Source: Eledone cirrhosa
Lineage: Eukaryota
NCBI GenBank assembly: GCA_964016885.1
Contig: OZ024741.1
Span: forward strand, 310,682,001-310,746,000
Length of the DNA stretch: 64,000 nucleotides
Direction: 5' to 3'
A program made the translations under genes and the position numbers. Under the pieces are notes generated by a model. It had not been told where the DNA came from and did no database searches. It worked only from the letters and a program-made list of their open reading frames with translations. Below, one piece after another: positions 27,512 through 41,818 of the stretch (positions within the stretch are counted from its first letter, which is position 1; every line of letters begins with the position of its first letter).

Positions 27512-28094
<583 letters not shown>

Positions 28095-28103
28095 ACAACG
28101 ATA

Positions 28104-28181
<78 letters not shown>

Positions 28182-28194
28182 CAGAAATAATGGA

Positions 28195-29310
28195 ATAACA
28201 GAAAACAAAAAACAGACAAAGGCATAAATATATACATACATACACAAAACGAACAGCCATGGACACCAAAGTAGCCCTGATATATGTAACACTCGTCATG
28301 GGTCGCCTAGAGGTAAAATTATATTCCCAGCTGCAGGAAACATTCAGTCGCGACTTTGCCACCTACATTAATAACAACTGGAAATGTTACCTAGAAGACT
28401 GCTTCATCAAAAGGGACGACCGTTTTGGGATATCATTATCATTAAAGACGGGGAAAATATAAAAACAGACCTATTTTACAAACCAACATTCACACACCAG
28501 CACTTGAATTTCCGATAAGCACACCACTCACATACCAAAAGGAATATCCCTTTGATATGGCAAAACGCATTTACACTATAGTAACAACCCACACTATAGG
28601 AAAAAAAATTATATGAACTAAACGAGTTCCTTAATAGACTATCCGGTGATCTTCATCAATACGGCCACCTCTAAGGCCCAGAATATCCTAGTGACAAAAC
28701 TGAGAAAAACAAACCAACAAAACAAAAGGGAAAAAGCAGTTATCCCTTTTAACGTCACTTACAATCCATGGAACTTCAACATTGTGAAAGCCGTTAAACA
28801 ATATCTACCGATTCCCATGCAATCCTCCAAAATGAAAGCACTCATAAAAGACTCACAAATACTATATAGTAGACGTCAAGCACCTAACTTTAAAAAAACT
28901 GTTTATTAAGGCATAATTTACGTCTGACAATGAAACAATGCAAGTTAAGAAATGCGGGAACCCTCAATAAGGAACTTGTTAATTCATTGAAGAGAGTGGG
29001 CAAATCTCCTTTAGAAACAATGACATTTTCAAATTTAAGGCAAGCATGAATTGCAAAACAAAAATTTAATTTATTGTGTGACCTGCCCACAATGTGAAGA
29101 ATACTACATTTGAGAAGGGCTCTACATGACAGGGTTCGGATGCATAAAAAAACAAATTAGAGACCTCTCTGTCAGAAACATCACAGGCAGTGAACACTTC
29201 GCATCGTGCGGGAAGGGAATATTCACAATTTTCTCCTTCTTAAAGATATGGTCGGACAAAGAACATTCCCGGAAATATAACGAATCCTTCATTAGAAAGT
29301 TAAAAAATCT
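28195..29310 (+). mobile_element. Degenerate Penelope-like element (RT core plus GIY-YIG)
   Basis: TAMDTKVALIYVTLVMG (cf. GTAMGT..AP.YA.L.MG), CYLEDCF (YxDD), TDLFYKPT, IYC..CPQC..YYI and SEHF motifs. Confidence 0.8.
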
Positions 29311-29453
29311 ACTGATTACACAAAAAATGATATTCCATCTTCCAATATTGGGATTCTTTTTAAAAAATCGCATATTAGAAACAAAATATATATCCAGATA
29401 GAAGTGGATGACACCCACACTTTCAAACATTCGGTCATTGAAGAGGAGAACAA

Positions 29454-29588
<135 letters not shown>

Positions 29589-29847
29589 AAAACGAAGGAA
29601 AGTAAAATGTTGGGATAAGGGTAGTAGTGAGAAATACCAATCTTATATAAACTACAAGGAATATAGATTCATAACAGGAAATTAAATTAATTTATAGGTA
29701 TACTTTTAGGTATTATTTTAGGAAAAGAGAGCTGTAAGAGGGAAATAAAATTATGAAGTTCACTGTAGTAAAGTACTAATTATATGTTAACTAAATTAAA
29801 AAAAAACTAATTATAATAATATGTAAAATATAAGTGTAAGGTGTATA

Positions 29848-31260
29848 TTAATTAGGTTTATAATATTTGAAGGTTCTTCTAATTCTATGATTGCAAGATA
29901 TAATTAATCCCTGTCGCTTATTTAATAGGATATCCTTAGATTTCATGATTTCAAAAGGTTCCTGGGAGCATAACCTACACTCGTACCTGTTATTTTGATA
30001 CGGGGTGGCCCTTTTGAGCACACTCCAGGCCAGGTTGCAATCGTTATTCTTCTTTCTATAATTATTAATTGTTTCAGCCAAGGATGTTGTATTAGCTAAT
30101 GCGGCATTTTTAAAACTATGTTTGTGGGTATTAAATCTTACTTTAAATTGGTTAGACGTAGCTCCTATATATGAATAAGTGGAGTCCTTAGTGCTAATTT
30201 TACATTTATAGACTATGTTATTAATGAGACAATTTCCATTTATGGGCAATTTCTTTTGATTCTACAGTTACAACCATTCGTGAATATTATATCAGGGGAG
30301 TTAGTCAAATTTGGTGTGGAATTTACTTGACTTGTTATAGATGAAGGGGATGGTGGTTTGTTGCGGTTTATTTTAGTATTATGGTTGGTTTGGTGTGTTG
30401 GTGGTATATTTGTGTGTTATTTTACATTTATATGCGTTGTACGCACTTATATTTTGTTGTATATATTTGGTAGTGGAGTAGGAAAATTTGACAGTTGATC
30501 TATTGAAAATTTGATGGTATTTATGGTTTGGTGGGAAGTTTTTCTCTAGGATAGTAAACATTTTTTAGGAATATTATCTTTAATTTGTAGATTAAATGGA
30601 GCATTATACCAAGTAACCCGTCTATTACGGTTTCGATATTGTTTTTTTTATATTTATACGATGAATCAGGATGTTTACTAAGATAGTTACTATTAGTGAG
30701 TTTATTATATATAGGTTTAGTTAGATTAACTGATTTAGGTGTTTTAGTCTGATTATTAGGAATTTTGTTAGTAATGTTGTGAACATATATTGGAGTATTA
30801 GGATGAATGGTTTTTATATGAGAAGAGGTAGAGAAATTAAGTTTTAGGTTGGTATTTTGGGGTGTAGTATGAGTGGCATTTAGGTGTGGGTTTTTCATTT
30901 GGTGTTTGTTGGTAATATTGGGTTGTATGTTTGAAGTATTATTGGTGCAAGGTATATAGACTCATTTGTTTTTGTGGCCGCTTCTAGCTAAAGCTTCGTT
31001 ATAAAAGGGCGCGTTTTTATCGAATACATCCTGGTTAGATGAAAGGTTAGAGATTCTGAGTGAGATATTATATGCTAGGTTTTTAAGGATAGATCTAGGG
31101 TGATTGGATTGTGAGTGCATGTAATGTAAGTTTTGGTTAGGTTTATGGTAAGGTTGGTATATACCCGTAGATAAGTCTAAAGTTATATCTAGGAAATTGA
31201 CTATTTTACTGGTGTTTTCAAATGTAATAGTGAGATTGGAATAGTCTTTGAGGAAAGATG
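29848..31260 (-). mobile_element. Penelope-like element 3' half (RT thumb, linker, GIY-YIG)
   Basis: NFLDITLDL..YQPYHKPN..SNHP, KYHQIFNRSTVKFSYS and CLINNIVYKC..YIGATS..FKVRFNTH..CRLC motifs. Confidence 0.9.
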
Positions 31261-32049
31261 AATTTTTTAATATAAGGAACTTGTTCTTTGTTTTTATTTC
31301 ATTGTTTTTATTAATTTATCTTGACTCTGTTTCCCTATGATTTTCATCGAAAATTTTTGAATGCATCATCTCTTTTAATGATATTTGGATTACATTGAGT
31401 TCTTCATACGGATTGGACACTACCGTATATTTTGGTAGATTTATCTACATATATATATATATATATATTCATTAGTTAAGCAAAACAAGACCACAAACTT
31501 CACAAGGAAGACATTATTAAAAGATTGTCAACATATTTTAGTTTGATGTAAGGAATGTAGAGAATAATAATAATAATATTAATAATAATAATGTCCGTTT
31601 ACAATTGTTTCGCTACTCCATATAATATTTCTGGATCAGATGACCATATATCATAATTGATCTGGTTCAGTTGAAAATAATTAACATATTTAAAAAACAG
31701 AGTGGGTCATCGGAACTCAAAGGAATATAAATTAAAATAATTGTTTCTACTATTGGCACAAGGCCAGAAATTACCCAGTTTATTACTGGTACTTTATTTT
31801 ATCGACCCCGAAATTAAAATAATGGGATAATGTTACATAATATAATGTTCCATATATTGGTTTTTCTATGGTGTCTTGGTTGCATCAGCTGTCAGCCAAT
31901 AGGCAGATCTTACACAATGCAGCCTCGACAGATGAATACTGCTTGATTATGGCTGACAGCTGATGCAACCAAGACACCATAGAAAAACCAATATATGGAA
32001 CATTATATTATGTAACATTATCCCATTATTTTAATTTATATTCCTTTGA

Positions 32050-32169
32050 GTTCCGATGAGCCACTCTGTTTTTTAAATATGTTCATTATTTTCAACTGAA
32101 CCAGATCAATTATGAAATATAGTCATCTGATCCAGAAATATTATATGGAGTAGCGAAACAATTGTAAAC
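32050..32169 (+). ncRNA. Variant hammerhead (CCGAUGA core, large stem II); mirror copy at about 31596-31715 on the minus strand
   Basis: gtt-CCGATGA-gccactc...gagtagc-GAAA-caattg-TA-aac. Confidence 0.5.
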
Positions 32170-32197
32170 GGACATTATTATTATTAATATTATTAAT

Positions 32198-32384
32198 GGG
32201 CGGTGGATTGGCAGTATCGGTAGAGGGTCGGACGCCATGCTTTCCAGTATAGTTACGTCCGTTTACGATCTGAGTTCAAATCACGCCGAAGTTGACTTTG
32301 CCTTTCATCCTTACGGGGTCGATAAAATAAAGTACCAGTAATGCACTGGATAATTGCTGGCCTTGTGCCTAAAGTAGAAACAAT
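32198..32384 (+). mobile_element. Full-length tRNA-derived SINE
   Basis: A/B boxes; matches 38367-38552; inserted into a duplicated ATTATTATTAATATTATT. Confidence 0.9.
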
Positions 32385-32828
32385 TATTATTAATATTATT
32401 ATTATTATTCTCTACATTCCTAAAACTAAAATATGTTGACAATCTTTTAATAATGTCTTCTTTGTGAAGTTTGTGGTCTTGTTTTGCTTAACTAATGAAT
32501 ATTTCCAGCTCTGCGCACCTAACTTCTGCAAGAACCCAAACACCTAGCTGTTTTCTACTGCATATTGCACATTGAGCACATGCCTTTACGCTTTGGATTC
32601 TAACTAACTCACCAATCTCACCTCTCATATCTCCTCTACTATCTCCATCTCTCTCTTTAACTCTTTAAGATTGGTTACTCTTGAACTGTATATATATATA
32701 TATATATATTGGAAAATGTGTGAAATGCTTGGTAGAGTTAAGTTTATTTCCCAAAAAAGGAAAAGGATTTCACTTGTAGTTCTAAACAAGTTAATTTAAT
32801 TTTATATTGTTATAATTTTACAATTTTG

Positions 32829-32905
<77 letters not shown>

Positions 32906-33215
32906 AATCGGTACAGTAGTATATATAACTAAACTGGTTACAAAAACTAATGATATCTACTTGCACTCTCTCACTTATTTATTTCTTTATATTTTCCATT
33001 TCCTCATTTTCTTATTATTCTTTAATGTACCCTATCTTATATTTTACTTTTTACGTTTTACATGTGTAACTTCTCTACCTAGTTACCATACATGTTTTAT
33101 TATTGAGGTTATTGTGTTAATTATACGCTATTTCATTATTGATGCTATTGTTTTGGTTTTATGCTGTTTTTCTCTATATAAGTCTTGCCTCGAGTGAATT
33201 ATTTTCATATCTTCA

Positions 33216-33324
33216 TACTCTGATGTGTTAACAAGTGGTAAACAATGTATTGTAGATCGATTGACGCAACCTCAAGCGATTAGCGAACTCTAGACACACC
33301 TGATCAACGAAACAATTGTCAGTA
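33216..33324 (+). ncRNA. Degenerate hammerhead with long stem II
   Basis: tact-CTGATGT-gtt...aac-GAAA-caattg-TC-agta (one core substitution, A9 to U). Confidence 0.55.
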
Positions 33325-33540
33325 CTTTAAATAAAGCCCTTATTGTACAGCCAACCATGTTACTCTCCTTTCTTTAACTATTATTACTCCAAGTATAACC
33401 TGCATAGAAGTTACCGCGACCTCGCTGCATAACTATGGAAACATCTTGTTGAGTCAAACAAAGCCATACTTTAAAACTATCCACGACGCGGAGTACCCAT
33501 AACCTCTAACTGGATTACCTATAACGATAACTTGTTATCC

Positions 33541-34485
<945 letters not shown>

Positions 34486-34682
34486 TTAGGTTTGTTAGTT
34501 CACCACTGGATAGAACTGTTCATTCCGTATGGTCAATCCTGGTGTAATATTGTGAAGAGTACTCAACGTAGTGCAGTTCACCCATCTTCGTTTGTGTAGT
34601 TGGTGGTGCGAATACGGAGTTAATTATAAATGAAATAAAATAACAGGAGGCTGGACTGGTGTAAATCCTTGAAAAATTTATG

Positions 34683-34740
34683 ATACTATGATCATTTCAA
34701 TGACCGGGTTCCATATGAATCCGGTGATATCATCAGGTAT
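34683..34740 (-). ncRNA. Minimal type I hammerhead ribozyme
   Basis: atac-CTGATGA-tat c accgg..ccggt c att-GAAA-tgatca(palindrome)-TA-gtat. Confidence 0.8.
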
Positions 34741-34984
34741 TGGAATATAACAAAGGAATATGTAAAAAACCATGGGTCCGAAAAATCAGAGACAGACACA
34801 GAGAGGTCGACTGACCAACTAGCTTCTGGGCCAGTCGCCCTCAAAGTGTTGGTAACTGAAGCTACTAATGAATATCTGGTGAGGGTCGAAGGCTTATAAT
34901 GCGCTACCACCACTCAAAGAAGAAGGGGAAGAAAGAAAGAAAGGGAGAAAGAAGTGTAGTGTAAGGGTGATACTACATTCATGC

Positions 34985-36320
34985 TAGAAAATCCAGGTAC
35001 CAACAGGTGAGATGATAAAGGAAATTGACATTGAAGAAGGATACAAGTATGTGGGTGTTCTGGAGGCTGATGACATCAAGAACAAAAAAATGAAGGAATG
35101 GATAAGATCTGAATACATTCGGAGAGTAAGGAGCGTATTAAAGTCACATCTGAACAGTAGGAATGCCATAAGTGCAGTAAATTCCCGAGCTGTGTCTATT
35201 ATTAGGTCAGTGCGGGAATTCTGAGATGGAATGTTGCTGAACAAAAAGAAATGGATAGGAAGACTAGGAAGCTATTGACTATCTACAACATGTTCCACAA
35301 GAGGAGTGATGTCGATAGACTCTACTTAAGGAGATCTGAAGGTGGAAGGGGTCTTATCAGCAGAGAGGACTGTGTTCAGATGGAGAAAAACAACCTACAC
35401 AAATACGTGACTGATAGTAAAGAGCCAATGCTCAGAATTGCACCGAAGGAGAGGACAATAGACCAGGGGATGTCCAAGGAGTAAATAACAAGGAGAAAGA
35501 GCAGCCTTCATGAAAAATCCCTCCTTAGTTCTTTGAGAAAACTGAATTCAGAGATCCACAGACATGGAACTGGTTGAAAAGAGGAGACCTTAAAAAGGCT
35601 ACAGAAGGAATGCTAATGGCTGCGCAAGAGCAGGCCCTCAAAACGAAGTGGCTGAAACACCATATTTACAAGGAGGAGGCTAGCTCACTGTGCATGATCT
35701 GTGGAGAGAGAGAGGAGACTGTGGCTCACATTGTATCCAAGTGTAAACACCTGGCCCTGACTCACTATAAAGGCTGGAGACATGATGTGATGGGCAGGGT
35801 GATCCACTGGCACCTATGCAAAGTAAACAATGTACCACATTCTGAGAAGTGGTATGAGCATAAGCCAGAGTCGGTGATAGAAAACGATCAGGTGAAGGTG
35901 CTTTGGGATTTTTAGGATACAGACGGACAAGAAACTGAAACACAATGGACCTGACCTGGTGGTTTTGGAAAAGGAAAAAAATCGTACCTGATTGTTGATG
36001 TGGCCTGCCCATTCGACACGAGAGTGCAAGAGAAGAAGAGGGAGAAAATTAACCGATACCAGGACTTAAAGTGGGAGGCAAAAAGGATTTGGAACTGCCA
36101 TGAGGTAAAAGTGGTCCCGATTGTCATAGGCGCACTAGGTACTATCTTAAAAAGTTTCCAGGGATGATTAAAGAAAATTGGCCCCGCCCGGCTTTTTGGA
36201 ACACTTCAAAAGGCATGCTTGCTAGGATACGTCCTGATATCTGAGGCTGCAGGTAGCAGCTTGATATTCATTTCAACAAACTTTCCAGTTAACTAACATC
36301 AATGACTGAAATTCAAAGAA
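34985..36320 (+). mobile_element. 5'-truncated R4/Dong-like RLE LINE, same family as 659-1329
   Basis: YKYVGVLE, GGRGL, AAQEQAL, CMICGEREETVAHIVSKC and RHD motifs; (TAA)n tail. Confidence 0.9.
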
Positions 36321-36339
36321 CAATAATAATAATAATATT

Positions 36340-37305
36340 GACTATAAAAACAACAACTTGAGGAATAAATCGGGGAAATAAATAAGAACTAGATCTATAA
36401 TTTGGTAGGCTCCGCCAGCATCTTTAGCTATTAAAACATCTTTAGCACACTTATTTTTTAAAGTCTTGGATAAATGCTTCCCCAGATCGCATAAATATTA
36501 CTCTATCATCAATAGACACACAGTTAAACTCTCTTATTCAACAACTATGAATATTGCTCAAAATATACCAAAAATAAATAGTAAAAATCTTAATTTGAAC
36601 CAACATATAAATAGCGATAATAACAATAATAATAATAATACATTACTTAATGGGAATAACAATAATAATAACTTAAATACGAATAATAGTAGAACACCTT
36701 TAGATTATAATAATAATTGTTTCTACTTTTGGCACAAGGCCAACAATTACCCAGTGCATTACTGGTACCCTATTTTATCGACCCCGTAAGGATGAAAGGC
36801 AAAGTTAACCTCTAATAATAATATGAATAGTTTAGGGTATAGAAATAATATTGAGAAGAAATGTAACTGTAGAAGGAAGTCAGAATGTCCCTTATAAAAT
36901 AACTGCCTTGACAAGAATCTAGTATATAAATGCACCATTAAGACAAATAATAATATATATAACTACATTGCTACGACTTCATCCGGGTTTAAGCTTCGTT
37001 GGTACAATCATAAAAATTCCTTTTCGAAACCAGACAAACAATTTACAACTTCACTCTCACAATTAATATGGTCTTTGAAGGAGAAGAATATTAAATACTG
37101 CATCTCTTGGACACGGCTAAAGACTGTCAATTTCTATCGGAACGCTTCCATTTCGCCAAATTGCAATCTTTGCAATCTCGAGACTCTATTGATAATTACA
37201 AATTATGACAATTTAATTAACAAGAAGAACGAATTATTTAGTAGCTGCCAACATAGAACCGGGAAAAACATTCCAAGCATTATACAAGTTTCGAAAGATA
37301 ATTGA
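36340..37305 (+). mobile_element. Penelope-like element 3' part with SINE fragment at 36717-36812; AT-rich 3' region continues to about 38850
   Basis: HKYYSIINRHTVKLSYS, CNCRRKSECP..NLVYKC..YIATTS..FKLRWYNH and CNLCNLE..LINKKNEL..CQH motifs. Confidence 0.88.
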
Positions 37306-38366
37306 CAATTAATAATTTTATAAATATATTTATATTTATAAATATATTTGCCTTACCGGAGTAATAATATAATGATGTTTTAGCTATTATAATAATTTCA
37401 TCATGAGTCTCTGTATCTTACGTTTTGATCAGGACAGTTCAATATTTAACTTGACAATTGTTGATTTATGGTTTAGAAATATCACTAGTTTTCAGCGTAG
37501 ATATATTGTTTAATGCTCACATATGATGAATGAGTTATCTTTCTTTTGTTTACATTCTTCGTAAATATTTTTATTCTGTTTGAATAGCTTGCTATTTTAA
37601 TTTTTGACATAAATTATATAGTTGAATAATATAAGAATTTCTTTAAAAGGAAACAGTAATCATTTGTAATTACTGAAGTAAATATAAATTAACGAAATGA
37701 AACTTTTGAGAGTAAATATAACTAAAATTAAATCTGTAATTATATGATAATTAAAGATTTGAAACGATTTTATAAAGGTGATATATGCATGTATTTTAAT
37801 ATATATTTTAATACAAGTTTAATAATTATTTAAATATGCTTTAAAGATAATTTATTTTAAAGTTGTAACAAAATACTTATGGAATATATTACCTAAACCA
37901 GAAATTAAAATCTATAATGAGTTAAATTTAATTATATAAACTTTTAATTAAATAAATATGTGACAGCTATGAAAAGTAATGTATATTGATTAATTTTGAT
38001 ATATTATATTAGTATAATTAGCTTAACCATAACCAAATACTAGAGATATTCAATGGTCTATGACTCGCTGGTAATTGGTTGCCTCAATTGACCTAATATT
38101 TGAAAACAACGGATTTTTCTACTTATTCCCCACCCCCATAATTTCTTTTGTCGTTATTTCTTCTTTCTTCATTTTCTTCTTTTTTATATATATTTCTTCA
38201 ACTATTTCACCCATCTATATATTCATTTAAATATTTATATATGTATTTTTTAATCTTTTTCTCTTTCTTTTTCTTGCATCTCCTCTTCTTTACACATTCC
38301 CTTATATCTCTAATTCGCTCCACTCTCTTTTCTTCTTTAAGTTTATCATATCATATTATTATTTAG

Positions 38367-38552
38367 GGCGGTGAATTGGCAGTATCGGTAGAGGGTTGGA
38401 CGCCATGCTTTCTAGCATAGTTACGTCCCTTTACAGTCTGAGTTCAAATCCCGCCGAGGTTAACTTTGCCTTTCATCCTTACGGGGTCGATAAAATAAAG
38501 TACCAGTAATGTACTGGGTTATTGCTGGCCTTGTGCCTAAAGTAGAAACAAT
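38367..38552 (+). mobile_element. Full-length tRNA-derived SINE (reference copy; further pieces at 47975-48068 and 61841-62028, both minus strand)
   Basis: GGCGGTGAATTGGCAGTATCGG A-box region, GAGTTCAAATCC B-box, AT-rich tail; about 10 copies in the window. Confidence 0.9.
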
Positions 38553-38658
38553 TATTATTTGTGGTATATAAATGTTCAGATTTGCTGAAATAAATCACTG
38601 CCAATACTAGAATTGAAATATCAAGACCGTAGAGGTATGTCATATATAAAATCATATA

Positions 38659-38722
38659 TTTTATCTGACGAGGACGGACGGGAAAAAAACATCACAGTAC
38701 CTTCGAAATATATATAATAAAG
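38659..38722 (+). ncRNA. Minimal type I hammerhead downstream of the PLE at 36340-37305
   Basis: ttttat-CTGACGA-gga c gg...ccttc-GAAA-tatata-TA-ataaag. Confidence 0.7.
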
Positions 38723-38865
38723 CATATATTTTGATTATGTGAATATCTTCATTTGTTAATATTTTGAATAATATTAAAACTCCAGGAATATTTCCTTGTT
38801 GAGTGCTTTTAATCTATTGTAAAACTGTATTCATTGAGTAATCAATGAACTATATTAATCCTTGG

Positions 38866-38907
<42 letters not shown>

Positions 38908-39039
38908 GAAAAACAAATTGAAAATTCGTTTGGAGTCTTTAAGAAAGTATATATATAAACTTCTGTAACTTCATCGGTTTCACAAAATCATATATTAAAA
39001 AAAAATGTTAAGAGTGAAAGAGAAATCTGTAACAATGCT

Positions 39040-39265
39040 GATTATAAAGAAGTGCCAAGAAATCCCAGTAGAAGGAAGACGCAGCAGAGGTAGACCACGA
39101 AAAACATGAGTGGAGGAGGTGAGAGCAAACCTCAGATCGCTGAAACTCACGGAGGAGATGACGAAGGACCGTGACAAGTAGAGAGATGCTGTGCTGAATA
39201 GGACCCGTCCAACCCTTGCAAGCAGGGAAAAGCGGATGTAAAATAATGATGATGATGATGATGAT
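39040..39265 (+). mobile_element. RTE-clade LINE 3' end
   Basis: VEGRRSRGRPRKT*..E...DRDK*R motif followed by a (GAT)n tail. Confidence 0.75.
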
Positions 39266-40613
39266 ATTGTATACAGTGGATTACTGCTGCTGTTACCTAA
39301 GTAAACATTCGAGGCACAGGCACATATATAATCTTACATTATCTATCATACTCTAACTTTAACTGTTGTTATTACCTAGATATTAGGACAGGTTAATTTC
39401 GACATTCTCACACAAAAATGCATAAATACATAACTATCAAAATGCACTACGGCGTGTGAAATGGGGCGTGTGTTTTATAACTGGTACTAACTAAATGTGC
39501 GTACCTCGTATTACCATGTGTGCATGTATACCTATCATATGTATCTGCATATATTCACGAGTAAATGCATAGGGGGATGTACAAACACGTGCGTACATAT
39601 GATTATATATTATTATACCCATCCTTGCGTGTTTTTAAAGCTATGCATCTCCAGACGGTCTTCCTAACGTATGGTCTTATGTTAACCGTCTAACATATAT
39701 AACCATCTAACGTTATATCAACTTAATTGTTCACTATATCTTTCAACAGCTGCAATTCACACTCATAATACTAAAAGTAGTACTATTCTAAATCATTAGT
39801 AATGCAATTTGCTATGCTAGCGTAGTAACACCGGACATAAATTTAGCAGATCGCTTAAGGGTAAAAACACCACAATTGGCGTAATAACGCCGTTATAGTT
39901 GAATTCATTAATCCCATACTGTTATAATAACAACTGCTGTTCCTATCATGGTGAAAATAATTTCAATTTCAGATTTTCGTTTAACTCCGAATAACAAGAT
40001 AAAACAATAATGAGCCTACTTTTGCAGAAGTCTTCGTGCTAAATTTAATGATTTCACATTCTAGAGTGCATTCTTTGATAATCGCATGAGACATTTTTCT
40101 CTCAATCCGTCTTTTAAAACATGATACACCTGCTATACAAATATATGGCTATAAGGTTTATGGATATAAGTCTGAAGCCTTAAAATAATATTTCACTATA
40201 TTTGCCATTTATCTGCTTCCATTTGTTCTCTTGATTCTTCCATGGCTTGCTTATAATCGTGCTACTTGTGAAGAAATAATTTATTTTCTCACACTTCCGA
40301 ATAAATGCATTTGAAGATTAATACTACGCGAATAATTATTAATTGTAACAGATTGATTCATTGTTTAAACGTAAATACATGTGTCTCATCTGTATAGAAA
40401 CAATCTGTATAAAAACAATGATGGACATGTTTTAAAAACCTTGGTTTATTGATTATATATATATAGTAAGAATATTTTCGAAACAGCGAGCGGGTTTGAA
40501 ATTATTATAAATGTAAGCTATCGCCGTATTTTGAATAATGAAATTAAAGAAATTATTTAGCCCGATAGTGTGTCCAAGAACCCTCGGAAAAATGGAAACA
40601 GATGAGTATTGAC

Positions 40614-40687
<74 letters not shown>

Positions 40688-40823
40688 ATGTAATCAGAGT
40701 TTTTGGAATGTTAATAATAACATTCGCTTCGTTTTGCAATTATGCAAACAACCCTCAATTTTATAGCCATGTCAGTAGAATAAACACTTCATTCTTGCTC
40801 TTGTGTTGCCATGCTAACAGAAC

Positions 40824-40866
40824 TACATAGACTAATGTTTCTGGGTATCACCCTTCATCAGTACAG
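40824..40866 (-). ncRNA. Hammerhead-like motif with intact core and weak stem I
   Basis: tgta-CTGATGA-a gggt gat accc a-GAAA-cattag-TC-tatg. Confidence 0.5.
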
Positions 40867-41058
40867 CTCATTGTTCACCTGCAAAAACTGTCAGAGCTAG
40901 TGAAAATATATGCTATTTTCAAAAATACACAGTGACTGATCGGTCTGATTTGCATATTAGCAGACTGGCTGATCAGTCATCTGCATATTAGCAGATCCAC
41001 TGATCAGCCAGATTTGCATATCAGCAGAGTATTCAGCCATGTAGAGCGAAATTTTCTT

Positions 41059-41096
<38 letters not shown>

Positions 41097-41100
<4 letters not shown>

Positions 41101-41358
41101 AATGAATATAAAATGAAAGTGCTTTTTTTAAAAAGGAATTTATTAGGTATTGACATATGTTTCTGTAACAGACGGAATACCTTTATCCAAAATCTCTGAA
41201 GAAGTGACAACTGATTATACATTTGCTATCGAATACTTGCTAACATTATATGATTACGCAAGCAGCGATACATAGGTATTCCGTCTGTTACAGAAACATA
41301 TGTCAATACCTAATAAATTCCTTTTTAAAAAAAGCACTTTCATTTTATATTCATCCTT
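41097..41358. repeat. Fold-back with ~87-bp arms and a CTGAAGA-containing spacer, between (TA)n tracts
   Basis: 41097-41182 is the reverse complement of 41272-41358. Confidence 0.85.
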
Positions 41359-41464
41359 TCTACATTTTCTCCGGAATATAATTTATACTCGTTGAGCAAA
41401 CCTGCACGCACGCTGTTCATCTCTAACGTAACGATATATTATCACTACATTATTGATAACCTGA

Positions 41465-41571
<107 letters not shown>

Positions 41572-41670
41572 TATATATATATAAATATATATATAGTAAT
41601 ATTAAATTTGAAGACGAAAATCCAAAGAGGGCTCGATAAGGATGAATATATATAAAATATATAAGAACCG

Positions 41671-41730
<60 letters not shown>

Positions 41731-41818
41731 GAGGTTATATATAATTTGTTGGGATTCAACAAGCTTAAAATTTTAATAACTGATATAAAGCACTCAACAG
41801 TTTAGTGGAGTAAATACA

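Larger units (their letters stand above)
31468..32500. repeat. ~1-kb fold-back palindrome with an HHR-like motif in each arm and arm-specific SINE insertions
   Basis: 31468-31906 is the reverse complement of 31940-32500 once SINEs at 31740-31810 and 32198-32384 are removed. Confidence 0.9.

Noticed and set aside
38367-38460. tRNA-like A/B boxes
   Set aside because: Heads of a multi-copy SINE; no cloverleaf or acceptor stem
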